DNA of 64,000 nucleotides from Malacoraja senta (taxonomy: Eukaryota). A program made the translations under genes and the position numbers. The stretch lies in assembly GCA_038087875.1 (NCBI GenBank), contig CM075990.1, positions 7,690,001 to 7,754,000 on the forward strand. The letters run 5' to 3'. The notes under the pieces are model-generated. The model was not told where the DNA came from. It searched no databases and saw only the letters and a list, made by a program, of their open reading frames with translations. Within the stretch, counting starts at the first letter, position 1. Each line of letters begins with the position of its first letter. Below are positions 51,751 to 64,000 of this stretch, one piece after another.

Positions 51751-53197
51751 GAGCATATGAGAGACAAATAAATGTTGGCATTATGAGCAGTACACAAATT
51801 GTGGGCCATTCTTGTGCTACACTGTTCTACGTTCTAAATGCCGGAGAAATTCCAGAGCTCTGGGATGCAGAGAAACCTGATGTCCTTGTTCCTCAGGAAA
51901 CTAGTTTGGAAAGCTCACAGAATGCTATTGATTTTTTGTGGGGGGAATTGAAAATAAAAAATATCTCACGTGCGTTAGTGGGTCCATGTCTGGAGAATAC
52001 ATAAACAATTCAACAAAAGTTTACTGGACAGATAACCAAAAATGGGTGAGTTGGCTTTTGAAGAAAGATTGGGCTGATGCTTAGTGCAGATGAAAGTTCC
52101 TTTTGTTGTCTCCCAAAGTAAATGCAGCCCAGGTTAGATAGAGAGTAATATTTCCTTCACTCATGGTGATAAAACGAAGCTGCAGATGTTGCAATCTTGA
52201 ACAAAACACAAAGTGCTGGAGGAACTTAATGGGTTATGCAACATTGAACATAGCACAGCACAACATAGGAACTATGGCCCACAATGTTTAGTTTAGTTTT
52301 GAGATACAGTGCGGAAACAGGCCCTTTGACCCATTGAGTCCACGCTGACCAATGATCCCCGCACACTAACACCGTCCGACACACACTAGGGACCCTACAT
52401 CAGTCAGAAGAAGGGTTTCGGCCCAAAACGTTGCCTATTTCCTTCGCTCCATAGATGCTGCTGCACCCGCCTGAGTTTCTCCAGCATTTTTTGTCTACCT
52501 TCGATTTTCCAGCATCTGCTGTTCCTTCTTAAACACTTTGTGTTTCCCTATACTCATGATGTTTCCCAGGCTGGGAATTAATAATGGAATTAATAATATT
52601 CACTGTAGGACTAAAACACCTTCCACAATCTCCATCACTTTATCCTGTTTGCTGTGCATTCAGATTGAATCTTGGAGCCTAAATCGTAGAGTCCTTGTGT
52701 TGTGTCTTAGTCTCCATATTACGCAGAGCCTGGTTTAGATGTCCCACACCTCTGTCTTACTGCAGGGGACCCAAGACCCACAAATGCACACTTTATAGAC
52801 ACAAAAAGCTGGAGTATCTCAGCGGGACTAGCAGCATCTCTGGCAAGAAGGAATGGGAGACATTTGGGGTCGAGGCCCTTCTTCAGACTAGGTACCCCTT
52901 ATTCCAACCACAGCCGTGACCCTAATTCCAACCTCAACGCACAGAGGAGAAGACTGTTGACCTGGCCCCATCGTCTTTCCATTTGCACTGACTGGTGTGA
53001 CTCAACTGCTTGTTCCAGTATCTAATGCTAAAGCCAGTATCTAAAGTCTGAAGAAGGGTTCCTACCCGAAACATCAGCCATCGTTTTCTCCAGAGATGCC
53101 GCCTAACCCGCTGAGTTACTCCAGCACTTTGCATCGATCTAAACCGTAGCGCAGTGTCTTGTGGGAGACGTCCACGGACCGGCTTTCTCTCTTATCT

Positions 53198-53562
53198 ATT
53201 TAGTTTAGTTTAGAGATACAGCAGGGAAACAGGCCCTTCGGCCCACCGAGTCCGCACTGGCCAGAGATCCCCGCACATTAACACTACCCTACACACACCA
53301 GGGACAATTTACATTTATACCAAGCCAATTAACCTACAAACCAAGGATAGCCACAAAAAACTGGAGTAACTCAGCGGGACAGGCAGCATCTCTGGAGAGA
53401 AGGAATGGGTGAGATTTCGGGACGAGACCCACAAACCTGTACGTCTTGGAATTTGGGAGGAAATCGAAGGAAACCCACGCAGATCACGGGGAGAACGTCC
53501 AAACTCCGCCCGGTAGTCAGGATTGCACCCGGGTCTCTGGCGCTGTAAGGCAGTAGCCACCC
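53198..53562 (-). mobile_element. SINE interrupted by a Penelope-derived fragment (~53343-53430)
   Basis: SINE text ...CCTACAAACC|insert|ACAAACCTGTACG, with 7-bp ACAAACC duplicated. Confidence 0.8.
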
Positions 53563-53691
53563 GTGGGTCAGTCACCTCAAGGCTCTGTCTATCAATGAGT
53601 GTCCAGGCAGCCGACCAAGAGCTACAGGATTGAACACAGTGGGAGCTCCCCATGCCAGCCACCATTACTCATGCCTTTGCTTTCTCCACAG

Positions 53692-53765
53692 ATGCAAGGA
53701 AGGATACCAAGGTGTTCGCTGTGACCAGTATCTGCCGAAAACTGATTCCATCCTCTCTGATCCAA
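53692..53765 (+). CDS. NRG3: Internal coding exon of neuregulin-3 (C-terminal part of EGF-like domain and juxtamembrane stalk)
   Basis: Pyrimidine tract and acceptor tttgctttctccacAG end at 53691; donor GTACGT starts at 53766. The 74-nt exon reads (a)-CKEGYQGVRCDQYLPKTDSILSDP-(a), matching remembered human NRG3 CKEGYQGVRCDQFLPKTDSILSDP with one F/Y difference. Confidence 0.92.
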
Positions 53766-54834
53766 GTACGTGGAATTTTTTCTTCATTCAGTGTGAGTTT
53801 CTGATTGCAGCTATTACTATGGAGATACTGAGAGGACACTTTGCTATGAATGTTGCTATTAGAGTGGATTGAGGGAAAGACGATCTCTTGGCCTTGTGAT
53901 AAGCTCAGCAGGACAGTTCAGAGACACAATGGAACTGGAGATGCTGGAATCTTGCATAGAACACAAAGTGCTGGAAAAACTCAGCAGTTCAGGCAGCAGC
54001 TCTGGGGGACATGGATTGGCGACGTTTCGGGTCGGGACCCTTGTAGTCAGCGCGGAGAAAGCTAAAAAAACAGGTGGAGATGGGAGAAAGCCTGGCATGT
54101 GTCAGGAAGATGTCATAATAAGGAACTACAGATGTTGGTTTACCAAAGAAAGAGACAAAAATGGGCTGAAGTAACTCAGCAGTCAGGCAGTATCTCTGGA
54201 GAACATGGAGATCCTGAAGAAGGGTTCCGATCCGAAACATCTGACTGATGCGGCCTGACCTGCTACATAGATACATAGATACATAGAAAATAGGTGCAGG
54301 AGTAGGCCATTCGGCCCTTCGAGCCTGCACCGCCATTCAATACGATCATGGCTGATCATCCAACTCAGTATCCCGTACCTGCCTTCTCTCCATACCCCCT
54401 GATCCCTTTAGCCACAAGGGCCATGAGTTACTCCAGCGCTTTTTGTATCTTTCACGAGTGGTAGGGGGAGACAGGTGAGGGGCATTTTGAGTGGAGAAAG
54501 GCTAGAGATGAAGCGTTGACAAAAGGGTGTCAAAAGGAGGCACGAAGACAAAACGCTTGTCAGATAAGAAGAGGAATGAAAGAGGAATAACATGTAAAGC
54601 CAGAGGGAGGAACACATGTGGAAGGGACGAGGTTGGGAGGGGTTTGGGGGTGAAATGGGTGGTGGGACAGTGGGATAAATGGACACCCCAAATGTGATGT
54701 GATGGGGATTATCAATCGCGATCACACTGTAGATGGACAGGGTGATCTCTGCCACGCACACAACTCTGACTTTCATCTTTGGAAAGCACAAAGATTGCAT
54801 CCACTAGACACACTGAACGAGTCTGGGTCAACAC

Positions 54835-55155
54835 GGGCAGCACGGTGGCACAGCGGTAGATTTGCTGCCTTACAACGCTTGCTGCGCCTGGGACCCGGGT
54901 TCGATCCCGACTACGGCTGCTGTCTGTACAGAGTTTTATGCGTTCTCCCCGTGACCACATTGGTTTTCTTCAAGATAATCGGTTTCCTCCCACACGCCAA
55001 AGACGTACAGGTTTGTAGGTTTATTGGCTTGGTATAAGTGTAAATTGTCCCTGGTGCGTAGGATAGTGTTAATGTGCAGGGATCGCAGGTCGGTGCGGAC
55101 TCGGTGGGCCGAAGGGCCTGTTTCCGTGCTGTATCTATAAACTAAACTAAACTAA
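54835..55155 (+). mobile_element. HE1/V-SINE-like SINE
   Basis: Complete head to (TAAAC)n tail. Confidence 0.88.
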
Positions 55156-55207
55156 ACACCATAGTGATGTTGTTTGGTTGACCAGACCCTTTTGCTTCAA
55201 GATGCAC

Positions 55208-55238
<31 letters not shown>

Positions 55239-55267
55239 TCACACACACACTCACACACACACACACA

Positions 55268-55340
<73 letters not shown>

Positions 55341-55361
55341 ACACACACACTCACACACGTG

Positions 55362-55392
<31 letters not shown>

Positions 55393-55505
55393 ACACACTC
55401 ACACACACACACACACACACATGCACGCACACACACTCACACACGCACACACACACACGCACACATACACACACACTCACACTCACACACACACACACAC
55501 ACACT

Positions 55506-55537
<32 letters not shown>

Positions 55538-55643
55538 CACACACACACACTCACACTCACACACACACACTCACACTCACACACACACACTCACACACAC
55601 ACACACACACTCGCACGTGCACACACACACATACACACACACT

Positions 55644-55676
<33 letters not shown>

Positions 55677-55759
55677 ACACACACACACACACTCACACAC
55701 ACACTCACACATGCACGCACACACACACACGCACACACACACTCACACACGCACACACA

Positions 55760-55797
<38 letters not shown>

Positions 55798-55889
55798 CAC
55801 ACACACACACTCACACTCACACACACACACTCACACACACACACACACTCGCACGTGCACGCACACACACACACACATACACACACACT

Positions 55890-55922
<33 letters not shown>

Positions 55923-56435
55923 ACACACACACACACTCACACACACACTCACACGTGCACGCACACACACACACACGCACACACACACTCACACACGCAC
56001 ACACACGCACACACTCACACTCACACATGCATGCACACACACACACATGCACATGCACGCACACACTCACACTCACACATGCATGCACACACACACACAT
56101 GCACATGCACGCACACACACACACATGCACACGCATGCACACACACATGCACACGCACACACACATGCACACGCAGGCACACACACACACACACATGCAC
56201 ACGCACACACACACACATACACACGCACACACACACATACACACGCACACACACATGCACACGCAGGCACACACACACACACATGCACACGCACACACAC
56301 ACACATACACACGCACACACACATGCACACACAGGCACACACACACACACATGCACACGCATGCACACACACATACACATGTGCACACACACACACGTAA
56401 GCATGCACACTCGCGCAAACACACACATACACACA
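55208..56435. repeat. Very long (CA)n-rich microsatellite (~1.2 kb)
   Basis: Directly visible, with internal higher-order duplications. Confidence 0.97.
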
Positions 56436-56789
56436 GCCTGTCTATCATAATACAACATCGTTCAGAGAATGCAAATGTGCAAAATGTCGAATGCTCACAG
56501 TACAGTCGCTTTCACCATGCAGCTCTCTCTAATACAAAGCCACTTTAGTTTACGTCATCATTGGCCACCAAATGTTGATGACAATAGAATGATATAGAAT
56601 CAGGTGAAAAGAATCTCTCTCAGGAAGGCCACTACATTTCTTCCCCTCCAATATGGGTGAAAGCATACATACAAAACACAGATAGTAACGTACAACTCAG
56701 CGGTATTATTAACTTCCCCACATATTTACATTCAATCTGCATTGTGTTATCCCGCTGATCTTGAATGTCAGGGCACAGATTGTGGAGAA

Positions 56790-57600
56790 ACATCTACATA
56801 AAGGAAACATGTCCTGAGGCGTATCCTCCTCCACTGCACCAGTGAGAAAGCCTTCATGGTTCATCTGATGACTGGTGTTCGATGGCTTACGTAGTCTTGG
56901 TGACGCTTCATCACCCTGAAGGTCATCCTGATGAGCCACAAATGATGACCGGTCAGTATGATCGATGGTGCATCCGCAGGAAATTGCAGAGAGTTGTGGA
57001 CGATACCCGGTCCACCATAAAAGCCAGTCTCCCCCACCCCCCCTCCCCGCCATCTACACTTCACCCTGTCTCAGGAAAAGGCAGCCAACATTATCAAAGA
57101 CCATTCACATTTCAGGATGTTTAAGAAAGTTAGACAGGTAACATGGATAGGACAGGTTTGGAGGGATACGGGCCCAGGGCGGGCAGGTGGGACTAGTGTG
57201 GCTGGGACATGTTGGCCAGTGTGGGCAAGTTGGGCCGAAGGGCCTGTTTCCACGCTGTATCACTATGATTCTATGACCATTCACATCTAATTCACTCTGT
57301 CTTCTCCCCTCTGCCATCGGGCAAAAGATGTAAAGCTTGAAAAAAAACATATTGCACCAGATTCATGAACAGATTCTTCCCCACTGTTATCAGACGCTTG
57401 TATGGACCTCTCATATGCTATGGTTCAATTTTGCGATATTCCAGCCAACCTCACTGTGGTCCTGCACTTTTTTAAATCTTCTCTTCCTCTGCAGCTGTAT
57501 TGCAATATCCTGCACTGCTGCACTTTCTCTTTTGCCTGACGCACTCTGTACATTATGATTTGCCTGGATAACACGCAAAGCAACGATTTTCACTGTATCC
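56790..57600 (+). mobile_element. Old Rex1-like LINE 3' portion interrupted by a CR1 3' end (~57116-57275)
   Basis: RKLQRVV...KAANIIKD-like text; CCATTCACAT occurs on both sides of the CR1 piece. Confidence 0.6.
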
Positions 57601-57607
57601 CACCCGT

Positions 57608-58152
57608 TCATAAGTTATAGTAGAATTAGGCCATTCGACCCATCGAGTACTCCGCCATTCAATCATGGCTGATCTCTGCCTCCTCATCCCACTTTGCTGC
57701 CTTCTCCCCATAACCCTTGACACTCGTTCTAATCAAAAATTTGTCTATCTCTGCATTAAAAAATATCCACTGACTTTAACCCCCCTGGCCCTCTGTGACA
57801 ATGAGTTCCACAGATTAATTACCCTCTGACTAAAGAAGTTCCTCCTCACCTCCTTTCTAAAAGAGCGCCCTTTAATTCTGAGGCTACGACCTCTGGTCCC
57901 AGACTCTCCCACCAGTGGAAACATCCTTTCCACATCCACTCGATCTACGCCTTTCATTATTCTGTAAATTTCAGAGGTTCCTCCCTCGACCTTCTAAACC
58001 CCAGCGTATACAGGCCTAGTGCTGCCAAATGCTCATCATATACTAACCCACTCATTCCTGCGATCATTCTTGTAAGCCACCTCTGGACCCTCTCCAGAGC
58101 CAGCACATCCTTCCTCAGGTACGGGGCCCAACATTTCTCACAGTACTCCAAA
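57608..58152 (-). mobile_element. CR1 3' fragment
   Basis: EYCEKCWAPYLRKD; RNFFSQRVINLWNSL. Confidence 0.85.
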
Positions 58153-58284
58153 TCTTGGTACCGGAAACATTAATAAACCGACACCAATACCAATATTCGT
58201 GTGACAGGGTCATCTTCATAAAATGGCGGCCAGAGGCCCCAAAGTCTCGTTGTTCTTTCTGCCTCGCTCATTTGAAACCCAAGG

Positions 58285-59055
58285 TCAAAGAGTCATAGAG
58301 TTGTACAGTGTGGAAACAAGCCCTTCGGCCCAACTTACCCACACCGGCCAACATGCCCCAGCTACACTCGTCCCACCATGGTCCATATCCCTCCAAACCT
58401 GTCCTATTCATGTACTTGTTTAAGAAAGAACTCCAGATGCTGGAAAATCGAAGGTAGACAAAAGTGCTGGAGAAACTCAGCGGGTGCAGCAGCATCTATG
58501 GAGCGAAGGAAATAGGCAACGTTTCGGTCTGAAGAAGGGTTTCGGCCCGAAACGTTGCCTATTTCCTTCGCTCCATAGATACTGCTGCACCCGCTGAGTT
58601 TCTCCAGCATTTTTGTCTACCTATTCATGTACCCGTCTAACTGTTTCTTAAACGTTGGGTTAGTCCCTGCCTCAACTACCTCCTCTGGCAGCTTGTTCCA
58701 TACAGCCACCACCCTTTGTGTGAAAAAGTTACCCCTCAGATTCCTATTAAATCTTTTCCCCTTCACCTTGAACCCATGTCCTCTGGTCCTTGATTCACCT
58801 ACTCTGGTCAAGAGACTCAGTGCATCTACCTGATCTAATCCTCTCATGATTTTATACACCTCTATAAGATCACCCCTCATCTTCCTGCGCTCCAAGGAAT
58901 AGAGACCCAGTCTATGCAACCTCTTGCTATAGCTCCCACCCTCTAGTCCTGGCAACATCCTCATAAATCTTCTATGAACCCTTTCATGCTTGACAATATC
59001 TTTCCTATAACACGGTGGCCAGAACTGAACACAAAATTCTAAATGCGGTCTCTCT
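58285..59055 (-). mobile_element. CR1/HER1-like 3' fragment containing a fold-back Penelope-derived insert (58416-58619)
   Basis: RPHLEFCVQFWPP...RGNFFTQRVVAVWNKLP; the insert is flanked by CCTATTCATGTAC (58403-58415, 58620-58632). Confidence 0.85.
58527..58559 (+). ncRNA. Minimal hammerhead ribozyme-like motif
   Basis: GT-CTGAAGA-A-GGGT(TTCG)GCCC-GAAAC-GTT-GCC. Confidence 0.5.
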
Positions 59056-59612
59056 AAAGTCGTGCTAAGCTGCCACTTCACTGGATCCAAGTGCACTCTG
59101 AGACGTCCCTCCCATAAATAACTCAGCAGGTCTCCATTCTCTGGTTGCATGTTGTATATGACTTGTGAAATCGGAAACGCGTGTCTCAGTTTCACCTCTT
59201 TTTAAAAAATCCATTTTCCGCAACGGCCACTGCAGGCCAGCCGTTGGATATGTGCACACACTGGTCCCCCCGTTCATTCTGGCCAACGTGGCAATTCAAA
59301 CCTGCTCAAGTTGCTTCCGTTGTCCTTCACGAGTAATTGGAAGGTTACTCAGCTGAGCGATTGCTGCTTGAAATGTGGAAGTGACCACAGGAATTGTTTC
59401 CATCCGCTGGGAATGTGCATCTACAATGACCGTGGCTATTGTTCCCAGAAGCAGAGTGGCAAATTCCACATGGATCCTGAACACAGTTAGTCTGACCAGT
59501 GCCAGAGGTTGATGGAACCTGCAAGGGGATCCTTGCAATGCTCCTGACAGGGTGTGCATTCCTTTGCTGTATCCCCCAACCATTTATCTCCGCCCGGACT
59601 CTCTGCTGACCA

Positions 59613-59852
59613 GTTTAGTTTAGATATACAGCACAGAAACAGGCCCTTCGGCCCACCGAGTCTGCCCCGACCTGCGATCCCGGCACATTAGCACTACCCT
59701 ATACACACTAGGGCCAATTTTACATGTTATACCAAGCCAATTAACAAACAAACCTGTACGCCTTTGGTGTGGGGGAGGAAACCGAAGATCTCGGAGAAAA
59801 CCCACGCAGGTCACGGGGAGAACGTACAAACTCCCTTCAGACAGCTGCCGTA
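59613..59852 (-). mobile_element. HE1/V-SINE-like SINE (head missing)
   Basis: Matches the SINE tail and central domain. Confidence 0.8.
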
Positions 59853-59857
59853 GGGTG

Positions 59858-60880
59858 TCTTCTCCCCATAACCCCTGACACCCGTACTAATCAATAATCT
59901 ATCTATCTATCTCTGCCTTAAAAATATCCATTGACTTGGCCTCCACAACATTCTGTGGTAATGAATTCCACAGATTCACCACCCTCTGACTAAATAAATA
60001 ACTCCTCATCTCCTTCCGAAAGGAACGTCCTTTAATTCTGTGGCTATGGTCCAAGACTCTCCCACTAGTAGAAACATCCTCCCCACATCCAGTCTATCCA
60101 TCAATAGGCCCTTCGGCCCAATCCATCCATGCTGAGTTATGCAAGGTACCGACCACACCAAGTCCCATTTGTCTGCTTTTGGCTCATATCTTTCTAAACA
60201 ATTCCTATCATGTGTCTTTTTATCCCCTTTAAGTGTTGTAGTTGTACCCACCTCTACCACCTTCTCTGGCAGCTCACTCCTTATGCCCCCTCTCTTCTGT
60301 GTGAAAAAGTTACCCCGTTAAATGTTTCTCCACTCATCTTACATTTTTGTCCTCGAGTATTTTAACTCCTCAACCCTGGAAAAAGATTGCGATCTTATCC
60401 ATGCCCCTCATGATTTTATGTACCTCTATCAGGTCACCCCTCAAGTCTCCTACACTCCAGGGAAACAAATCCCCAACCTATCTAGTTTATCTATATATCC
60501 CAAGTTTTCCATTCACAGGAGAATCTATTCTTCACCTATTACAGTTTATGGACATCATTTCTATAGCTTGGGGACAAAAATAACACATATTTTTGTCCCC
60601 AAGCTAGTAAGTTGGTATGTCATGGACAATTATTCCATGACATACCAACTCCTGTACTCAGTGCCCCGACCGATGAGAGCTCTCTTCACCTTCTTGTCTA
60701 CCACTGTTATCACTTTTCGGGAAGAGTGCACCTGTTCCCCTCGTGGTCTCTGTTTTACAACAGGGGAACTACTATTTAGTGTGTAAGTCCAGCCCTGGTT
60801 TAACTTCACACAATGCAACACCTCACACTTGCCCGAGTTAAATCCCATCGGCCGTTCTAGTTGACGTCGATCCTGTTGCA
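59858..60880 (-). mobile_element. Decayed CR1 fragments
   Basis: FNSGKCEVLH...; GESWT...; CR1 3' UTR pieces. Confidence 0.65.
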
Positions 60881-61366
60881 AACTTCAATCTCTCGACATG
60901 ACCACAAGCCGTTGGTGTGTGGACAGTGTTGTCCGTGTATACCACCAATGGCACAGTTTCGCAAGAACCTGAGAACACAAGAAATGGGAGCAAACGGAGA
61001 CCACCAGACTGCCCAGGTCCAACCCGTCTTTCCGCTTCTGGAAGGTCACCCTCATTCTTCTAAACTACAAGGACTGCAGGCCCAAACTGTGTGTGGAGGA
61101 AGGAACTGCAGATGCTGGTTCACACTGAAGCTGGGCATAAAATGCTGGAGTAACTCAACGGGTCAGGCAGCATCTCTGGAGAAAAGGAATAGGTGAAGTT
61201 TCAGGTCGAGACCCTTCTTCAGACTGAGAGTCAGGGTAGAGGGAAACTAGAGCTATGACGTCTCATGTTGAGACCCATCCTCAGACCGATCAATCCGAGG
61301 AAGGGTCTCGACTCGATATGTCACCGATAACTTTTCTCCCAAACTGTTGAGTGGAAAGGAATTGTT

Positions 61367-61592
61367 GGCGTTTTGGATTGTGTTCCTGCATCGCGACATC
61401 TCTGGAGAACATGGATCGGTGACGTTTCGGATTGTGTTCCTGCATCGCGACATCTCTGGACAACACGGATCGGTGACGTTTCGGATTGTGTTCCTGCATC
61501 GTGACATCTCTGGACAACATGGATCGGTGACGTTTCGGATTGTGTTCCTGCATCGTGACATCTCTGGACAACATGGATCGGTGACGTTTCGG
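61367..61592. repeat. 54-bp tandem repeat, 4 copies, derived from the Penelope-like mini-element
   Basis: GACGTTTCGG recurs at 61421, 61475, 61529 and 61583. Confidence 0.92.
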
Positions 61593-61931
61593 GTCGGGAC
61601 CCTTCCTCATACTTTATCTTAATTCTCAACTGGATGGAGTCACGTGTTATCTCTTCTCGAGCCAAGACAGACTGCTTCTGAGGCAGCAAAGACACACTTG
61701 CCTTACCTTAACTGTGCTCTGACTCCTCACAATCATTGAAGTACATTCTCCTTTAGTTGCTGCTCTGTTTTGTACAGACACCACGATACTAACTGGTACC
61801 TTTCAACATCTTGGGTTACACTATCCACTGTCCACTTGAAACGACCCAGAGTTCATGCAATCCCACAGGGAAGCCTAACATATTGGTGCAGTCCAAAGTG
61901 GGTATTCGTCATTTGGACCTGTGTCTAACCT

Positions 61932-62220
61932 GGGGCAACAGTGGTGCAGCGGTAGAGTTGCTGCCTTACAGCGCCAGAGACTAGGGTGTGATCCTGATTA
62001 TGGGTACAGAGTTTGTACAGAGTTTGTACATTCTCCCTGTGACCGCGTGGGTTTTTCCTGGGTGAACCGGTTCCCTCCCACACCTAAAGGTGTGCGGGTT
62101 TGTAGGTTAATTGTCCCCAGTGCGTAGGATAGAACTAGTGTACGGGTGCTCTCTGCCTGGGCGGACCCGGTGGGCCGAAGGGCCTGTTTCCATGCTGTAT
62201 CTCCAAACTAAACCAAACTA
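61932..62220 (+). mobile_element. HE1/V-SINE-like SINE
   Basis: Head, central domain and tail present. Confidence 0.8.
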
Positions 62221-62796
62221 GATCTTCGGTAAGCGTGCTCAGTATCGGCAGTTGTGGAAGATCTAACTCCCTCCGAATTGAGCTTACAAATCATCAGTCA
62301 GAGATAAAAGGAATCCTGTCTGCCTTTCCTTCTCTGTTGATTGTTACTTTGTTATTCCAGAGACCCCTAATGATACCATTTGTCTTCACTGCGATGTCTG
62401 CCAATGGTTCAAACAGAACTCATCAATGATGCCTTCCTCCCTACTGCCTATAGTCTTGCAGTCCCATTAACTAGCAACTGACATGTGGATCAAAATACTC
62501 TCGACAACGTTTATATCTTCATTAGTACTTGAGTTACTTAAGCATTCATGCAAACCACTGACTTCTAATAACTTCACCTTAGATTGGCTGTTCCACCTTA
62601 TCACCTTATACTGAGTCACAAGTCTCGAGGCGTAGACTCAAGCGCGACTCATGTGAATGCATTGGCCAGATTCACTCTGTTATAAGGGGTTAGTTCTACA
62701 AGCTCAGAGCCCTCGTTCTTGCAATGGTTTGGAAGGGCCAACAAAATCAGCCAGTTATATCAGCCAACATCCTGGACTGCCTTCTTTTATATCATA

Positions 62797-63305
62797 GGTG
62801 AAAGGGAAAAGATTTAATAGGAATCTGAGGGGTAAGGCCTGTCCCACTTGGGCGTTATTTGTGCGTCGTTTACGCGACAGCATTTACGCGTCACGACGCA
62901 CGCGTAATGCGCACATGGTATGCATTACGCGCGCATGGCGTGCATTATGCGCGCATGGTGTGTGGTGAGACGTGGTGGCGTAGGCAGTGACGCGCGGTTG
63001 CGCGCGGCGCCCCAGGATTTGAGGATTCTCAAAATCCTCGCACGCCACCTGCGTGACGCCCAAGTGGGACAGGCCTGTAACTATTTCACACAAAGGGTGA
63101 TGTGTTTATGGAACAAGCTGCCAGAGGAGGTAGTTGAGGCAGGAACTATCCCAACGTTTAAGAAGCAGTTAGACAGGTTAATGGACAGGACAGATTTGGA
63201 GGGATATGGACCAAATGCTGGCGGGTGGGACTAGTGTAGCTGGGACATGTTGGCCAGTGTGGGCAGGTTGGGCCGAAGGGCCTGTTTTCACACTGTATCA
63301 CTCTA
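62797..63305 (+). mobile_element. CR1/HER1-like 3' fragment carrying a MITE
   Basis: GAATCTGAGGGGTAA|MITE|TAACTATTTCACACAAAGGGTG; WNKLPEEVVEAG. Confidence 0.85.
62836..63077. mobile_element. CpG-rich PIF/Harbinger-like MITE (inverted relative of 40911-41086)
   Basis: GGCCTGTCCCACTTGGGCGT / ACGCCCAAGTGGGACAGGCC; TAA on both sides. Confidence 0.85.
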
Positions 63306-63823
63306 TTATTATTTTCTTTCAATTTTCTAAAGGAAGACCAAGATACAAACTGCTGGAGTAACTCAGTGGGCCGGGCAGCATCCATCAATGTTTTGTACAG
63401 TCACCTTACACCTGCACTCAGTGCCCTGACCAATGCACCCGATGAAACCCAGGCAGTCACAGCGAGAACGTGCAAACCTCACACAGACAGCACTCGGGGT
63501 CAGGATCGAACCCGTGTCTCCGGCGGCTGTGAGGCGGCAGCTCCACCAACTGCGCCACTGTGCCGCCCTTTGGTTCCGACAGTCTCTTTAGTCCTTCCCC
63601 CACTCTTTTGCTTCTGAGGGAAAGAATGATCAGAGTAGACTTGATGGGCCGAATGGCCTAATACTGCTCCTATAACATGAACCTCTAATCTTCTGTGTGT
63701 CAGCTGCAGGTCGTGCGTTCACAAGGACAGGTCAGGCATTCACTTTCAGGTGAATCTTGGCTTTCCTCATCAATTGCTTCCAAGTTGTTGGATTTAGTTG
63801 TCAAGTCGTGGTGGTGGAGACAG

Positions 63824-64000
63824 TTTTTTTTTTTTTTTTTTAATTTAATTTTTTATTTATTAGAAGTACATTACATTACAACCACATACATTAGTACTCG
63901 TCATTTATATCTTCTTACAATTAATGTACTCCATTTGTTTTTTACACTAGAAAAGGAAAGGATGAGATTGAAAGAAAGAAGAAAGTGAAGGAAAAAGTGA
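63824..64000 (-). mobile_element. L1 poly-A tail and 3' UTR (runs off the window), same family as 8106-9347
   Basis: Poly-T, then TTATTAGAAGTACATTACATTACAACCACATACATTA, near-identical to ~8140-8280. Confidence 0.9.

Larger units (their letters stand above)
53766..64000 (+). other. NRG3: Intron downstream of the NRG3 EGF exon (partial)
   Basis: Starts with a GT donor; the next short exon (TDHLGIEFM-like) was not recognised in the remaining sequence. Confidence 0.65.

Noticed and set aside
53630..53872. 80-aa ORF as a standalone gene
   Set aside because: Only 53692-53765 resembles NRG3 and it is bounded by AG/GT; the rest is intron read-through.
55142..56548. Long His/Thr- or Cys/Val-rich ORFs (up to 456 aa)
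   Set aside because: Translations of a (CA)n microsatellite; open in most frames simply because the repeat lacks stops.
58219..58232. YY1-like AAAATGGCGGC motif
   Set aside because: A single short motif between repeats with no CpG island or other promoter evidence.

Overview
This is vertebrate DNA, most likely from an elasmobranch (skate or ray; inferred from HE1/V-SINE-like and HER1/CR1-like repeats). It is almost entirely intronic. The only host coding sequence I can support is a 74-nt + strand exon at 53692-53765, encoding CKEGYQGVRCDQYLPKTDSILSDP, the end of the neuregulin-3 (NRG3) EGF domain. The rest is a dense, heavily nested mosaic of transposable elements: CR1 LINEs (two long, disrupted copies), tRNA-derived SINEs, L1/Tx1 and Rex1-like fragments, a full-length Passport-like Tc1 element with an open DD34E transposase frame, six PIF/Harbinger-like MITEs sharing an AGGGCCTGTCCCACT terminus, a Tigger5/MER47-like MITE, and micro/minisatellites. 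The most unusual signal is a large population (roughly 25-30 intact or decayed copies, counted by eye) of short Penelope-derived elements carrying a minimal hammerhead-ribozyme-like core (CTGAAGA-A-stem II-GAAAC-GTH). They often occur as fold-back pairs with a ~35-nt tail and target duplications, and two have inserted independently at the same site of a CR1 3' end. Family assignments come from recognised motifs and remembered consensus sequences, not from database searches. Boundaries of decayed repeats are approximate.
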